A DNA stretch of 64,000 bases from Felis catus (taxonomy: Eukaryota): NCBI RefSeq assembly GCF_018350175.1, contig NC_058368.1, positions 31,126,001 through 31,190,000 on the forward strand, read 5' to 3'. The notes below the pieces were generated by a model, which saw nothing but the letters and a program-made list of their open reading frames with translations, was not told the DNA's origin and made no database searches. Shown piece after piece: positions 36,531 to 49,029 of the stretch (position 1 is the first letter of the stretch; every line of letters begins with the position of its first letter). The translations under genes were made by a program, and so were the position numbers.

Positions 36531-39500
36531 TTTTTTTGTTTGTTGGTTTTTGTCTTGTTTTAATTCAACTAAATAGAGTTACATTAGTTTGAGGTGTACA
36601 GTATAGTGATTCAGCAATTATATACATTATTCAGTGCTCATCCTGAGTGTACTCTTAATCCCCTTTACCGATTTCACTTATGCCCACCTACCTCCCCTCT
36701 GGTAACCAGAGGCTTGTTCTATATAGTTTTCTTGGCTTGTTTCTTTTTCCCTTTGTCTTGTGTTCTAAATTTCACATATGAGTGAAATCATATGGTCTTT
36801 GTCTTTCTCTGACTTATTTCACTTAGCATGATACCCTATAGATCTGTCCATGTTGTTGCAAATAGCAGGATTTTGTTCTTTTTTATGGCTAATATTCCAC
36901 TGTGTGTGTGTGTGTGTACAACACCTCTTCTTTATCCATTTATTTTCTGATGGACATTTGGGATGTTTCCATAATTTGGCTATTGTAAATAATGCTGCAA
37001 TAAACATAGGGGTGCATATATCCTTTTGAACTAGAGTTTTCATATCCTTGGAAAATACCCAGTAATGCAATTGCTGGATCATAGGGCAGTTCTATTTTCA
37101 ATTTTTTGAGGAGGCCCTACACTGTCTTTCATAATAGCTGCACCAGTTTGCATTCCCACCAATAGTGCACCAGGGTTTCTTTTCCTCCACATCCTCGCCA
37201 ACATTTGTTGTTTCTTGTGCTTTTGGTTATAGTCATTCTGATAGGTGTGAAGTCTATATGACTTCTTAGAAGAATTGTCAATGTCTTCTCCACATTTTTA
37301 ATGGCTGATTTTTTGGTGTTCAGTTGTATACATTTTTATACATTTTGGATACTAACCCTTTATCAGATGTGTCGTTTGGAAATATCTTCTCCCATTCAGT
37401 AGGTTCTCTTTTTGTTTTGTTGATTATTTCCTTTGCTGTGCACATTTTATTTCGATGTGGTCCCAATGGTTTATTTTTTCCTACTCTTTTCCTTGCTTCA
37501 GGAGACATATCTAGAAAAATGTTGCTTGACCGATGTCAGTGTTCTCTTTCAAGATTTTTATGGTTTCAGGTCTCAAATTGAGGTCTTTATTTTATTTTTG
37601 TGAATGGTGAAAGAAAGTGGTACAATTTCATTTTTTTGCATGTGGATGTCCACTTATCCCATCACCATTTTTTGAAGAGACACTCTTTTGCCATTGCATA
37701 TTCTTGCCTCTTTGTCATAGACTAATTGGCCATATAATCATGGGTTTGTTTCTGGGGTCTCTCTTTGTTCTATTGATATATGTGTCTATTTTTTGTGCCA
37801 GTGTGACACTGTTTTCATTAGTACAACTTTGTAATATAACCTGAAGTCTGGAATTGTGATTCCTCCAGCTTTGCTTTTCTTTTTCAAGATTTCTTTGGCT
37901 ATTTGCGGTCTTTTATGGTTCCTAAAATTTTTAGGATTGTTTGTTCTAGCTATGTGAAAAATGTTGGTTTTCAGTAGGGATTGCATTAAATGTGCAGGTT
38001 ACTTTGGGATAGTATAGATATTTTAACAATACCTTTTATTCCAATACATGAGCATGGAATGTCTCCATTTGTTTGTGTCATCTTCAATTCTTTCATCATT
38101 GTTTTATAGTTTTCAAAGTATAGTCTTTCACCTCTTTAAGTATATTCCTAGGTATTTTATTACTTTTGGTGCGATAGGACTGTCTTCTTCTCTTTCTGAT
38201 ACTTCATTAATTGTGTAAAGAAATGCAATGTATTTCTGTATATTGATTTTGTATTGATTTTATATCCTGTGACCTTACTGAACTCATAAGTTCTAATAGT
38301 TTTGGCAGGGGGCAGGAATCTTTAGGGCTTTCTATGTATAGTATCAGGTATTCTGCAATTAGTGAAAAATTTACTTCTTCCTTACCTATGTGGATGTCTT
38401 TTTTTTTTCTTGTCTGATTGGTGTGGCTTAGACTTCCAGTACTATATTTAATAAAAGTCATGAGAGTGGATATCCTTGTCTTATTCCTGATCTTAAGAAA
38501 AGTTCGCAGTTTTTCACCACTAAGTATGATGTTAGCTATGGTTTTTCTATATATGGCTTTATTATGTTGAAGAATATTCCTTCTGTACCTACTTTGTTGA
38601 GGGTTTTAATCATTAATGGATGTTGTACTTTGTCAAATATTTTTTACTATATCTATTGAAATGATTATGTGGTTTTATTCTTTTTCTTATTGATGTGATG
38701 TATCACGTGGATTGATTCAAGAATATTGAACTACACTTACATCCCAGGGATAAATCCCACTTGATCCTGGTGAATGATTTTTTTTACATGAATTGTTGGA
38801 TTCAATTTGCTAATATTTTGATGAGAATTTTTGCATCTGATGCAAATACTTGCATCCAGTATCTCTGATGATTTTGGCCTGTAGTTCTCTTTTTTTGTAG
38901 TGTCCTTATCTAGTTTTGATATTAGGATAATGTTGCTTTCATAGAATGAATTTGGAAGCTCTCCTTCCTATTTTACTTTTTAGAGGAGTTTGAGAGGGAT
39001 AGAATATTAACTATTCTTTAAATGTTTTGCCGAGTTCAGCCTATGAAGCCATCTGGTCCTAGACTTTTGATTGTTGGGCATTTTTTTTTATTATTGATTC
39101 AATTTCACGCTGGTAATTGGTCTGTTCAAATTTTCTGTTTCTTCCTGATTCCGTTTTGGAAGTTATATGTTTCTAGGAAGTCTCTACCTCTTCTAGGTTG
39201 CCCAGTTTGTTGGTATACAGTTTTTCATCATAGTCTTTTGTAATCCTTTGTATTTCTGTGGTGTCAGCTGTTGTTTCTCTTCATTTCTGATTTCATTTAG
39301 AATACTCTCCCTCCCTCTCTCTCTTTTGAGAACTGGCTAAAAGTTTATAAATTTTGTTGATCTTTTCAAAAAACAAGCTTCTGGTTTCATTGATCTCTTC
39401 TATTGTGTTTTAGTTTCTATTTCATTTATTTCTGCTCTAATCTTTATGATTTTCTCCCTTCTAATGGTTTTATTCTTCTTTTTCTAGCCCCTGTAGATGT

Positions 39501-42196
39501 GAAATTAGGTTGTTCATTTGAGATTTTCCTCTTGAGGTAGGCTTGTGTTGATACAAAATCCTTTCTTAGAACAGCTTTTGCTGCATCTCAAAGATTTTGG
39601 ACTGTTGTTTTCATTTTTATTTGTCTCCATGTATTTTTTGATTTATTATTCAATTTCTTGTTTGACTTATTGTTTAGTAGCATGTCATTTAACCTCTATG
39701 TATTTTTGTCCTTTCCAGATTTTTTCTTGTGGTTTTTAGTTTCATAGCATTGTGTTTGGAAAAAATGCATAATATGAGTTCAATCTTTTTGAATTTATCA
39801 CGACTTGTTTTGTGGCCTAATATGTGATCTATTCTGGAGAATGCTCCATGTGCACTTAAAAAGAATGTTTATTCTGCTGTTTTAAGATGAAATGTTGTGA
39901 ATATATGTGTTAGATCCATCTGGTCCAATGTGTCATTCAAAGCCACCATTTCCTGGTAATTTTCTGTTTGGATAATCTATTCATTGATTTAAGTGGGTGT
40001 TAAAGTCCCCTAGTATTATTGTATTACTATTGATTGCATCCTTTATGTTTGTTAATAGCTCTTTTATGTGCTCTCGTTAGGTGTATAAATATTTACAATT
40101 GTTATATCTTCCTATTAGATTGTTCCCTTTATGATTATGGAGTCTCCTTCTTTGTCTCTTGTTACAGGCTTTGTTTCAAAGTGCATTTTGTCTCATGTAA
40201 GTATTGCTACCCTGGCTTTCTTTTCACTTCCTTTTGCATGATAAATGCTTTCCCATTCCTTAACTTTCAACTTTGCCTGTGTCTCTCAGTCTGAAATGAG
40301 TTTCTTTCAGGCAGCTATTATTTCTTCAAATTTTCTTTCCCCTTTTCTCTCTCTTCCTTTTCTGGCTTCCCTATAATGTGAATGTTATTACACTCGATGG
40401 TGTCACTGAGTTTCCTTATTCTAGTATGATTTTTCATTTTTCTTTCTCCTGTTTAGTTCAGTTGCTTTCAGTTACCCTGTCCTCCAGGTCACTGATTGTT
40501 CTGCTTCCTCTAGTCTACTATTTATCCCTTCTAGTGTATTTTTAATTTCAGTTATTGCATTCTTCATCTCCCATTGGTTCCTTTTTTATGTTTTCTGTCT
40601 CTTTATTGATGATCTCAGTAAAATTCTCCACTCTTTGTCAAATCCAGTGAGTATTTTAATGACCATTACTTTAAATTCTTCATCAGGCATGTTACTTACC
40701 TCCATTTCTTTTAGCTCTCCTGCTGTGATTTTGTCCTGTTCTTTCATTTGGGACATCTTCCTTTGTCTTTTCATTTGTCTAACTCTCTGTGTCCATTTCT
40801 TTGTGTTAGGAAATTCAGTTACGTCTCCTGTTAAAGGCCTTATGAAGAGGAGATCCATTGGTACCCTTTTGTGTAATGCCTTTGTTCACCAGGACCTGGA
40901 ACTTCAGGGATACCTACTACGTGTGTTGTGTGTATCCGACTGTTGTGGCTTAGCCACATTAGCCTTCAGTCCAGTTGTCTGCAATGGCTTTCATCATTTG
41001 CTGCAAGCAGGGTTTGGTCCCTGTGTTGTTCATAGGCCAGTCTGGAGCTGTCTTGAGCTTGAGTTGAAGTAGACCAAGCATTTTCCAGAACTAAGGTCAC
41101 ATTTAATTGTAGAACATTCTCCCTGTGTTGTCTGCTGAGATTTTGTTGATGGGTAGGGCTTGCAGTCAGACCAGATGTCTACCTCCAGGCCACTGCTGGG
41201 GCTGCAGTGGAAAGAATGTATCTGGTTATCTTCCCTTCTCCCTGGGGCAGGAATCACTGTGGAGTGGTGCTTGCCTGTTAGGGCTGCTTGCACACTGCCA
41301 TGCTTGTTGAGCTGCTTTGTATGCAGTCCTGCAGATTTGGGTTGGAGGGGACTTAATACACTAGGACAAAGGTGTGGAGCCTGCTGTTAGCAAGGTATGT
41401 GCCAGTCTGCTGTAGGAAGAGATCTGTAACCCTTGGAGAACTGCTGAGGGCATCACATCTGCAGGAAAGGATGAAGACAGGGTACACTGTCACAAGTAAA
41501 GTGGAGAGTGTTGGAGTTGAGCTGGTTCTTACAGGTGTCCACATAGCTAGGCTGGGGGTCAGAGAGGGAAATGGTACCCATCAGCTCTTTTGTTCTTGAG
41601 AAGTCTCCTAAAGATCCTTGCCCCTACAATAGAAGTTTTGAGATTAGTAAATAAATCTCCTTTCCATATATCCCAGGTGTTTTTCAAACTGTTGCTTCTA
41701 TGTTGTATCTCAGCAGGGCTGTTTGTTTTGCTGTCTTTTTAAGGGTGGGGACTCAGTTTCCCATGGCCTTCTAGCTCTCCCAGAGCTGAGCCAGCTTATT
41801 TTTAAAGGTCTAGGTGTTAACTCCCCTACCCCGATTGTAAAAACTTGAGAAATTAAACCTGTTTTTCAAAACTCAGTATTGTGGTGATTTGTTTAACCAG
41901 TGTGTGCCCCCCATGTCAGAGTGCCTGGTGTGAGGTCTGTTTCTCTCCCTTTTTGTGCCTATGGTGTCCCTCTCTCCCATGAAGAATCTCATAGATCATT
42001 TTGGTTCCTGACCACATTTCTACCCTTCATACCCTTTTCTATGTAGCCGCTTCTCTATGCTTAGCTGTGGAGAATCTATTCTGCCAGTCTTTGATTTGTT
42101 TTCTGGTTTATTTACACTGACATAAATATTATGTAGGTTTATTCCTGGGACAAAGTGAGTTTAAAATCTTCCTATTCCTCCATATTCCCTAAAATT
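36531..42196 (-). mobile_element. Near-full-length carnivore L1, decayed, with internal deletion (~40315)
   Basis: ORF2 and ORF1 N-terminal peptides (37786-37986, 38207-38461, 40586-40858); 5'UTR similar to the 18341-25535 copy; degenerate TSD CTCAGG(C/T)CTT at 36519 and 42197. Confidence 0.93.
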
Positions 42197-42889
42197 CTCA
42201 GGTCTTGATTTTGTATTTGTTGGTAAGCATGGACTTCTGTAATTGACAGTGAATGAAAATAAGAAAAGGAATGAAGTCTAGGGTGTGTGTATATAAGAGT
42301 AGTAGAACATGGGCTGTGATGGGAAAAATAAAAAATAAAGTAAGATTCTCAGAGATTATCACTAACTCTCTTTCAAAGAAGCACATTACCCTTCTTCAGA
42401 AGGTCCAGATAACTACTATCATGGCATTCCCATGGATAGAAATGGCTTCATTAAGACTTGGATGATATTAGAATTGCATAATGCCATCTCAATGGAGAGT
42501 TCATGAAAAAATTACATATTAGTGGTGAGTTTATAAATATTTCACTAATGTGAATATATTTTCCTTTTCCATAATACTCTCTATAGTCTTCATAATTAAG
42601 CATTAATAATTTAAGTTTGTCTTTGTGGTCTTTGAGGATTTCCAATTATAGTATAAGGATTGCAGAACTTTACCATAACGATTCTTCCTTTGGTAATTTT
42701 TTGATTAAATAACCTAAAAGTGATCCATTTTTTAGATAAATGTACTTGCAAAGTGTCTCCTTCTGTATTGCTTGGGATTATCTTGGCAAGATATTTCTAA
42801 AAGATTTTAGCACGTCATGGCTTTGAATGTGTCCATGTTTTCCAAATGATGTTCCTCCTTCCAAACATTGTCCCTTGCCTTCTGCATAT

Positions 42890-43153
42890 TAACCTCCTAA
42901 TGTAACATCCTCTACCTGACTTCCATCTCATCCTTCAAAGGAATTTTTCTTGACCTTCCCAAAAAAGTTAAATATAAACCACATCTATTTACTTATAGCT
43001 TTTGTGATACTTGTCACATCGACTTCTAATTGTTTATGCTTTTCTCTCTGTTAGATTATAAGCCCCAGAACACAAACTCTTTTTCTTGTCAGTAGCCACT
43101 GCTTATGCTTGGTACATAGTAGGCACTCAATAAATATTTGGAAGGATGAATGA
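42890..43153 (+). mobile_element. L2 3' end
   Basis: TTAGATTATAAGCCCC..TGCTTGGTACATAGTAGGCACTCAATAAATATTTG..ATGAATGA. Confidence 0.75.
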
Positions 43154-43369
43154 CAAGTTTCTACCGTACTGTGTATTATGACTATATCACAGCAGCTATA
43201 AGTTAATATAACCTATTAACTTGATAGTTAATAACCTATTAACCTCACCTTCATATCTAATTTATTTATGTTTGTGTTCAACACTCAATTGGATATAATA
43301 CTTGGGAATTATAAACACAATCATCTATAGTGCTAGTATTTCTGATCTTAAAGAAAACTGGAGAGCATT

Positions 43370-43545
43370 ACCATCATCATCAGCTATGGTACTTTAGGTA
43401 GGTTACTGAGCTATTCTGAGCTTATGTTTCCACATCTATCAATAGGATGATAATAGTATTCTACATGGTTGTTGTGAAGATGGACAAGATAATTCTGATA
43501 ATGACTTTTAAATCATATCATGAAATATAAACCATCATGATTATT
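43370..43545 (+). mobile_element. MIR, degenerate
   Basis: TCTGAGCTTATGTTTCCACATCTATCAATAGGATGATAATAGTA..GGTTGTTGTGAAGAT. Confidence 0.65.
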
Positions 43546-45040
43546 ACATTTCTGTTCATATTCAACCCTAAGTATCACCAAGTAAAACATTGTTAAAAGC
43601 CTCAAGGAGCAGGACCTGCCTTGGAATTTATATGGAATATCATTCCCAATAATTACCTATTTGCCCTTGTTATCTTAACTGTTCCTATTGGATATTATAA
43701 ATGCTGCAATAGCTACACATTTCCATAGTATAATCTATTTCTGCCTTTGGTACTGAACCTCTAACAACAAATGTAGAATTAAGGTTTAAAATAATTGTCT
43801 AACTGAATAGAAGGAGACTAATCATGGTTCCTTAGTTTTTAATGAGAATGATTGGTCTTTAGATAGAGATGTGTTAAATGATCAGTTTACAAAGAACATA
43901 TTTACCAGGGATTGGATATGCACACCAGGCTCCTTTTCTAGGTATTCACTTTGCCGGCAGAATAATGATTCTGTCTTCCTCTTGCTTGAAGGAATATGGC
44001 TATGCCTCTAGCAGACTCATGCTGTTTAACTCTGCATATCTACTATCTGTGAAAGACGGTTTGGTCTCCAGAATGTTAACTTAAATTTACAATGTTTGCA
44101 GGAGCTTGCAGTGCTGGAGTGAATCTTTAAAGAGACTTACTGCCACATTTACCACCCATCCTATTTAATACAAGGGAACAGTGGAGGTGTTTTAAAAGTC
44201 ACATTTGTTCTTCAAATCAGAAGAAAAACAGCACATTTCTAAAACCAGATGGCTTAAATAGTAGAGGTAATTGCCTGGGTCATTCACATAGATCTAATGG
44301 AAAACGGTTGTACCATACTTAGGTGTGCAAAAATTTTTTCAACTAATGTTCTTAATTTTTACTGGCGACACTTGGAAAGGATATAGCAAAGAATATCTTT
44401 TTAGAGAGTGAGGCAAAATCGCATAGTAGGACAGAATTTTTCATCTCCAAATATACCAGTAATGCGGTCATAATTTAATCCTGGCTAAAAGTAACAAAAC
44501 TTTTAAATTTTTTGGTCTGGAGATGGGTCTTCTATCGATCCCTATATTGTAAATTGCAGAGGAATGGAGTTGGAATTGGGGAGAAAGTACAAGAGTAAAA
44601 AAGTATAATACATTGTTCCCAGACATAGGGATGCTTAGTTCTGAGACTAATGATAAGGCCCTTGAAAGAACACTGTCACTGGGGGCAGCCTTTCAATAGC
44701 ACAGCTTCCATGAGGAAGACTTTCTAAAAACATACTGACGCTGGGAAAAAAGGCTGATTCCAACCTTTTCTTTCCCAGTTTCCAGACAAACCTTTTAAAC
44801 TATAGTCAATTTGAATGCCTGCGTAGAGCTGCTAACAAATAAAACAGCTTTTCTTCCATCCTGAATGTTCCATAACTGGAAATGCAATGAGTAAAATACA
44901 ATAAGGCAATGATAATTCATAAACATAAAACCAGACTAAGCCATGTTCTGGAAAATCCATTTGTTTTTGTTCCTAAGAGGTGTCTTTCTGGTCCTATTTT
45001 ATTAAAATCTGTCCAGTCTATATTAAAACTTTCAGTCATA

Positions 45041-46306
45041 CAAAGAAACGGAAAGACATGCCATGCTCATGGGTTGGAAGAATAGCTATTGTTAAAATGT
45101 CTATACTACCCAAAGCAATCTACACATTTAATGCAATCCCTATCAAAATACCAATAGCATTTTTCACAGTTAGAACAAACAATCCTAAAATTTGTATGGA
45201 ACCGCAAAAGACCCTGAATAGCCAAACCAACCTTGAAAAAGAAAAGCAAAGCTGGAGGCAACACAATTCTGGACTTCAAGTTATATTTCAAAGCTGCAGT
45301 AATCAAAACAGTAGGTACTGGCACAAAAATAGACACATAGATTAATGAAACAGAATAGAAAACCCAGAAATGAATCCATAGTTATATGATCGATTAATCT
45401 TCAGTGAAGCAGGAAAGAATATCCAATGGGAAAATGACACTCTCTTCAACAAACGATGGTAGGAAAATTGGACAGCCGCATGCAAAAGAATGAAACCGGA
45501 CCACTTTCTCAGACCATCAAAATGGATTAAAGACCTAAATGTGAGGCCTAAAGTCATTCAAATCCTGAGAGAGAACACAGGCAGTAACTTCCATGACACT
45601 GGCCATAGCAACTTCTTTCTAAATATGCTTCCTGACACAAGGGAAACAAAAGCAACAATAAACTATTAGGACTAATCAAAATTAAAAACTTCTGCACAGC
45701 AAAGGAAACAATCAACAAAACTAAAAGGCAACCTACTGAATCGGAGAAGATATTTGCAGGTTACATATCTAATAGAGGGTTAGCATCTAAAACACATAAA
45801 GAACTTATAAAACTCAATACCCCCAAAATGAGTAATCCAGCTAAAAAAATGGGCAACAGACATTTCTTGAAAGAAAACATCCAGATGGCCGACACACATA
45901 TGAAAACATGATCATCAGGGAAACACAAATCAAAACTACAGTGAGCCACCACCTCACACCTGTCAGAATGGCTAAAATCAAGAACACAAGAAACAACAGG
46001 TGTTGGCAAGGATGTGGAAAAGGGGAACCCTTGTGCACTGTTGGTGGGAATGCAAACTGGGGCAGCCACTGTGGAAAACAGCATGGAGGTTTCTCAGAAA
46101 GTTAAAACTATAACTGCCCTACAGTCCAGCAATTGCAATACCTAGGTGTTTCCTAAAGAATACAAAAATACTAATCCAAAGGGATATATGCACTCTGGTG
46201 TTTATAGCAGCATCATCTACAATAGCCAAATTGTGGGAATAGCCCAAGTGTCCACTGACTGGTGAATGAATAAAGAAGAGGTGGGGGGTGTGTGTACGTG
46301 CGTGTG

Positions 46307-46354
<48 letters not shown>

Positions 46355-46760
46355 GGAATATGACTCAGCCTGAAAAAGAATGAAATCTTGCCATTTGCAA
46401 GGACATTGATAGAGCTAGAAAGTATTATGCTAAATGAAATAAGTCAGTCAGAGAAAGACAAATACCATATGATTCCACTCAAGAAACAAAACAGATGAGC
46501 AAAGGGAAAAAGGAGAGAGAGAGAGAGAGAAGCAAACCAAGAAGGAGATGCTTGACTATAGAGAACAAACTGATGGTCAGGAAAAGGGAGGTTGGTGGAA
46601 GGATGGGTGAAACAGGTGATGGGGATTCAGGAGTGCACTTGTGATGAGCACTGGTGTTGTATGGAAGTATTGAATCACTATATTGTACGCCTGAAATTAA
46701 TACTACACTGCAATTTAACTAAATAAAAGTTAAAAAAAACTATGAACTGGGAGAAAAAAA
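45041..46760 (+). mobile_element. 5'-truncated carnivore L1 (ORF2 3' part and 3'UTR) with (CA)n
   Basis: Peptides [33 protein letters not shown] and [19 protein letters not shown]-rich tail; (CA)n at ~46309-46352. Confidence 0.95.
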
Positions 46761-46879
46761 AATACTTTGTCATATATTTGAACTGCATGTTTCAAGGTTC
46801 TAGCCCTTCTTTCCCCTCAAGGCTAGGATGTTAAGAATAGAGAGGTAGGAGAGGAATAAGGACAAACGGCCTTAACTTT

Positions 46880-47440
46880 ATTGATGCACTTGGGTTTTAG
46901 GCCCCTTCCTGCCAACTCTCACTGTGTGACCTACACTGCTGGCCATCAGCCTCTGTGTGGCAGGCATTGATCTGCTGGCTCCTGCACAGCATGTGTGACA
47001 ATTCTTTGGAGGCCTTACAGGTCCTCACCACTGCCCAGGTCTCTGATCTAGGAGTTCTGAATTTCCACTCAGCTGCCTTTTCCCACCCACACTGGTCGTC
47101 TAGCTGCCAGGAGATGGGCATGCAGGCTTCTAGACTGCCAGCCTCCATCACTCTGGTTATTTTCTCTACTGAGAAAGGCGCAGAGGAAGGTCAGCAAGTT
47201 CACTGCCCAGATAAATATCCAACTGGGAAACAGAATGCCAATTTTGCTGTGTGGCAGCAACCTCAGTGATTGTCTTGCAGTCTCCCTAGCGTCTTCTCTT
47301 TGGGGAAATGGATGCCTCTCCCAGCAAGCAGAGCACTGTCCATAAGGCCAATGATATTGGCGGCCATCTTGCTTTCCTTCATTTTCTAAACATATGCGTT
47401 GGGGAAGGAATGGGGTAGTGGTGGCTGCTTCTGGCATTTC
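46880..47440. promoter_or_regulatory. Candidate regulatory island with YY1-type motif and inverted CCAAT pair
   Basis: GGCGGCCATCTTG at 47359-47371 (reverse complement CAAGATGGCCGCC) overlapping GCCAAT-GAT-ATTGGC at 47347-47361; non-repeat, GC-richer block. Confidence 0.35.
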
Positions 47441-47519
47441 ATGACTCTGACAAATCTCAAAGAATGATAAAGTTGAAATTAATATTCAATTGTATTTGTA
47501 AAATAATAGACTGACTACT

Positions 47520-47790
47520 ACAGCATAGTTGTTAGGAATGTTATGGGCTTTGGAATAATTAGCCCATGTACAAATACTAGCTGCTGGATTTGCTAGAGGT
47601 CTGCTCTTGTACAAGCTAAATTTTCAGTGCTTTAATTTCTAACTTGTAAATATGGGGAAAATAATTCTGCTTACCTTACAGGGTTATTTTTAAAAGTAGA
47701 AGGGTTATTCCCTCTAAAGCATATATAAAAGTACTGACATAATATAAGGGACTCAATGAGTCTTAGTCCTTCATGAGTATTGCTTTTATT
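47520..47790 (+). mobile_element. MIR, degenerate
   Basis: CAGCATAGTTGTTAGGA..GGGCTTTGGA..TGTAAATATGGGGA..TACCTTACAGGGTT..ACTCAAT. Confidence 0.65.
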
Positions 47791-48239
47791 AAGTATTCTA
47801 ATAATAATTTTACATGTTCACTCTACTAGTAAGGAAAACTAGACTGGACAGAGGAAAGCAGGGCAAGGATGGAAGCAGAGAGATCTTAAGCCATCAGATA
47901 GTGGAACCTTAAGTGAAATCTTGCAGGAATTGGGAGTAGAGTGGTATGGGTTGAGCTGGTGAAGTAGTCATTTTCATTATGTGTTTCTAGGTATAGCTGT
48001 CAGGACTTATTGAGGAATTTTTTATGGGGCTTGAGGAAAGGAATCAAGGATGGCTCTGATATTTTCAGCCTGAGAATCTAAGAAAGTTCTTAGGTAGTGG
48101 AGGCCATGGGGTTATGTGAATCAGAAAATAGAAACAAAAATAGAAAGATCAGAATGGAAGAAACTAAACTGTCTTTATTCACAGATGATACAATTTTCTA
48201 CATTGGATTATTCAGAGACTCTATCACAGACTATTAGAT

Positions 48240-48396
48240 TTTTTTTAATTTTTTTGATGTTTATTTTTGAGAGAGACAGAGTATGAGTGGGGGGAGGGGC
48301 AGAGAGACAGGGAGACACAGAATCTGAAGCAGGCTCCAGGTTCCGAGCTGTCAGCACAGAGCCTGATGCGGGACTCGAACTCATGAATTGTGAGAT
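48240..48396 (-). mobile_element. 5'-truncated CAN-SINE
   Basis: SINE body stops at ..TGTGAGAT, so the tRNA-like head/A-box is missing; perfect 12-bp TSD AGACTATTAGAT (48228-48239, 48397-48408). Confidence 0.93.
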
Positions 48397-48459
48397 AGAC
48401 TATTAGATCTTAAGAAATGATGTAGATTTTAAAAATCTGCATAAAGAAATAATGTTTCC

Positions 48460-49026
48460 TGTAGGCAGAATAATGGATCCTCAAATATGCCCACACCCTA
48501 ATACCTCAAACTATGAATATGTGGCCTTACATGGCAAAAGAGACTTTGAAGTTTTTGGATTAAAGTTAAGGACACTGAGATGGTGAGATCATGCTGGTGG
48601 GCCCAATCATTTGTGTCTTTATGATCTGAGAACGTTTTCTGGCTGGATCAAAGAGAGATGCACTGATTGGAGGATGGCAGCCTGAGAAGGATCTGATGCC
48701 TACTGCTGTTTCTAAGATGCAGAGGACTATGTACACGAGGCCTCTCAGAGCTAACAGTAGCCCCATAACTAACATCCAGCAAGGAAACAGAAACCTCAGT
48801 CTTATAGCTGCATGGAACTGAATTCTGGCAATACCTGTATACACAAGGAAGTAGGTTCTCCTGTAGAGCCTCCAGAAAGAAAGGAAGCCTGCCAACACCT
48901 TGATTTTAGCCTAGTGAGACCCTTATGAGACTTTAGATATACGGAATTGCAAAATAACTCATTTGGATTATTTTAAGCCATTAAGCTTTTGGTAATTTAT
49001 AACAACAGCAAGATAAAACTAATACA
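48460..49026 (+). mobile_element. MaLR solo LTR, MLT1D-like
   Basis: TGTAGGCAGAATAATGG start, TTACATGGCAAAAGAGACTTTG, GCCTGCCAACACCTTGATTTTAGCC, end AAAACTAATACA. Confidence 0.88.
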
Positions 49027-49029
49027 CAT

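Noticed and set aside
46897..47437. Overlapping 84-122 aa ORFs in the GC-richer block
   Set aside because: No recognisable domain or exon structure; expected by chance in GC-richer DNA
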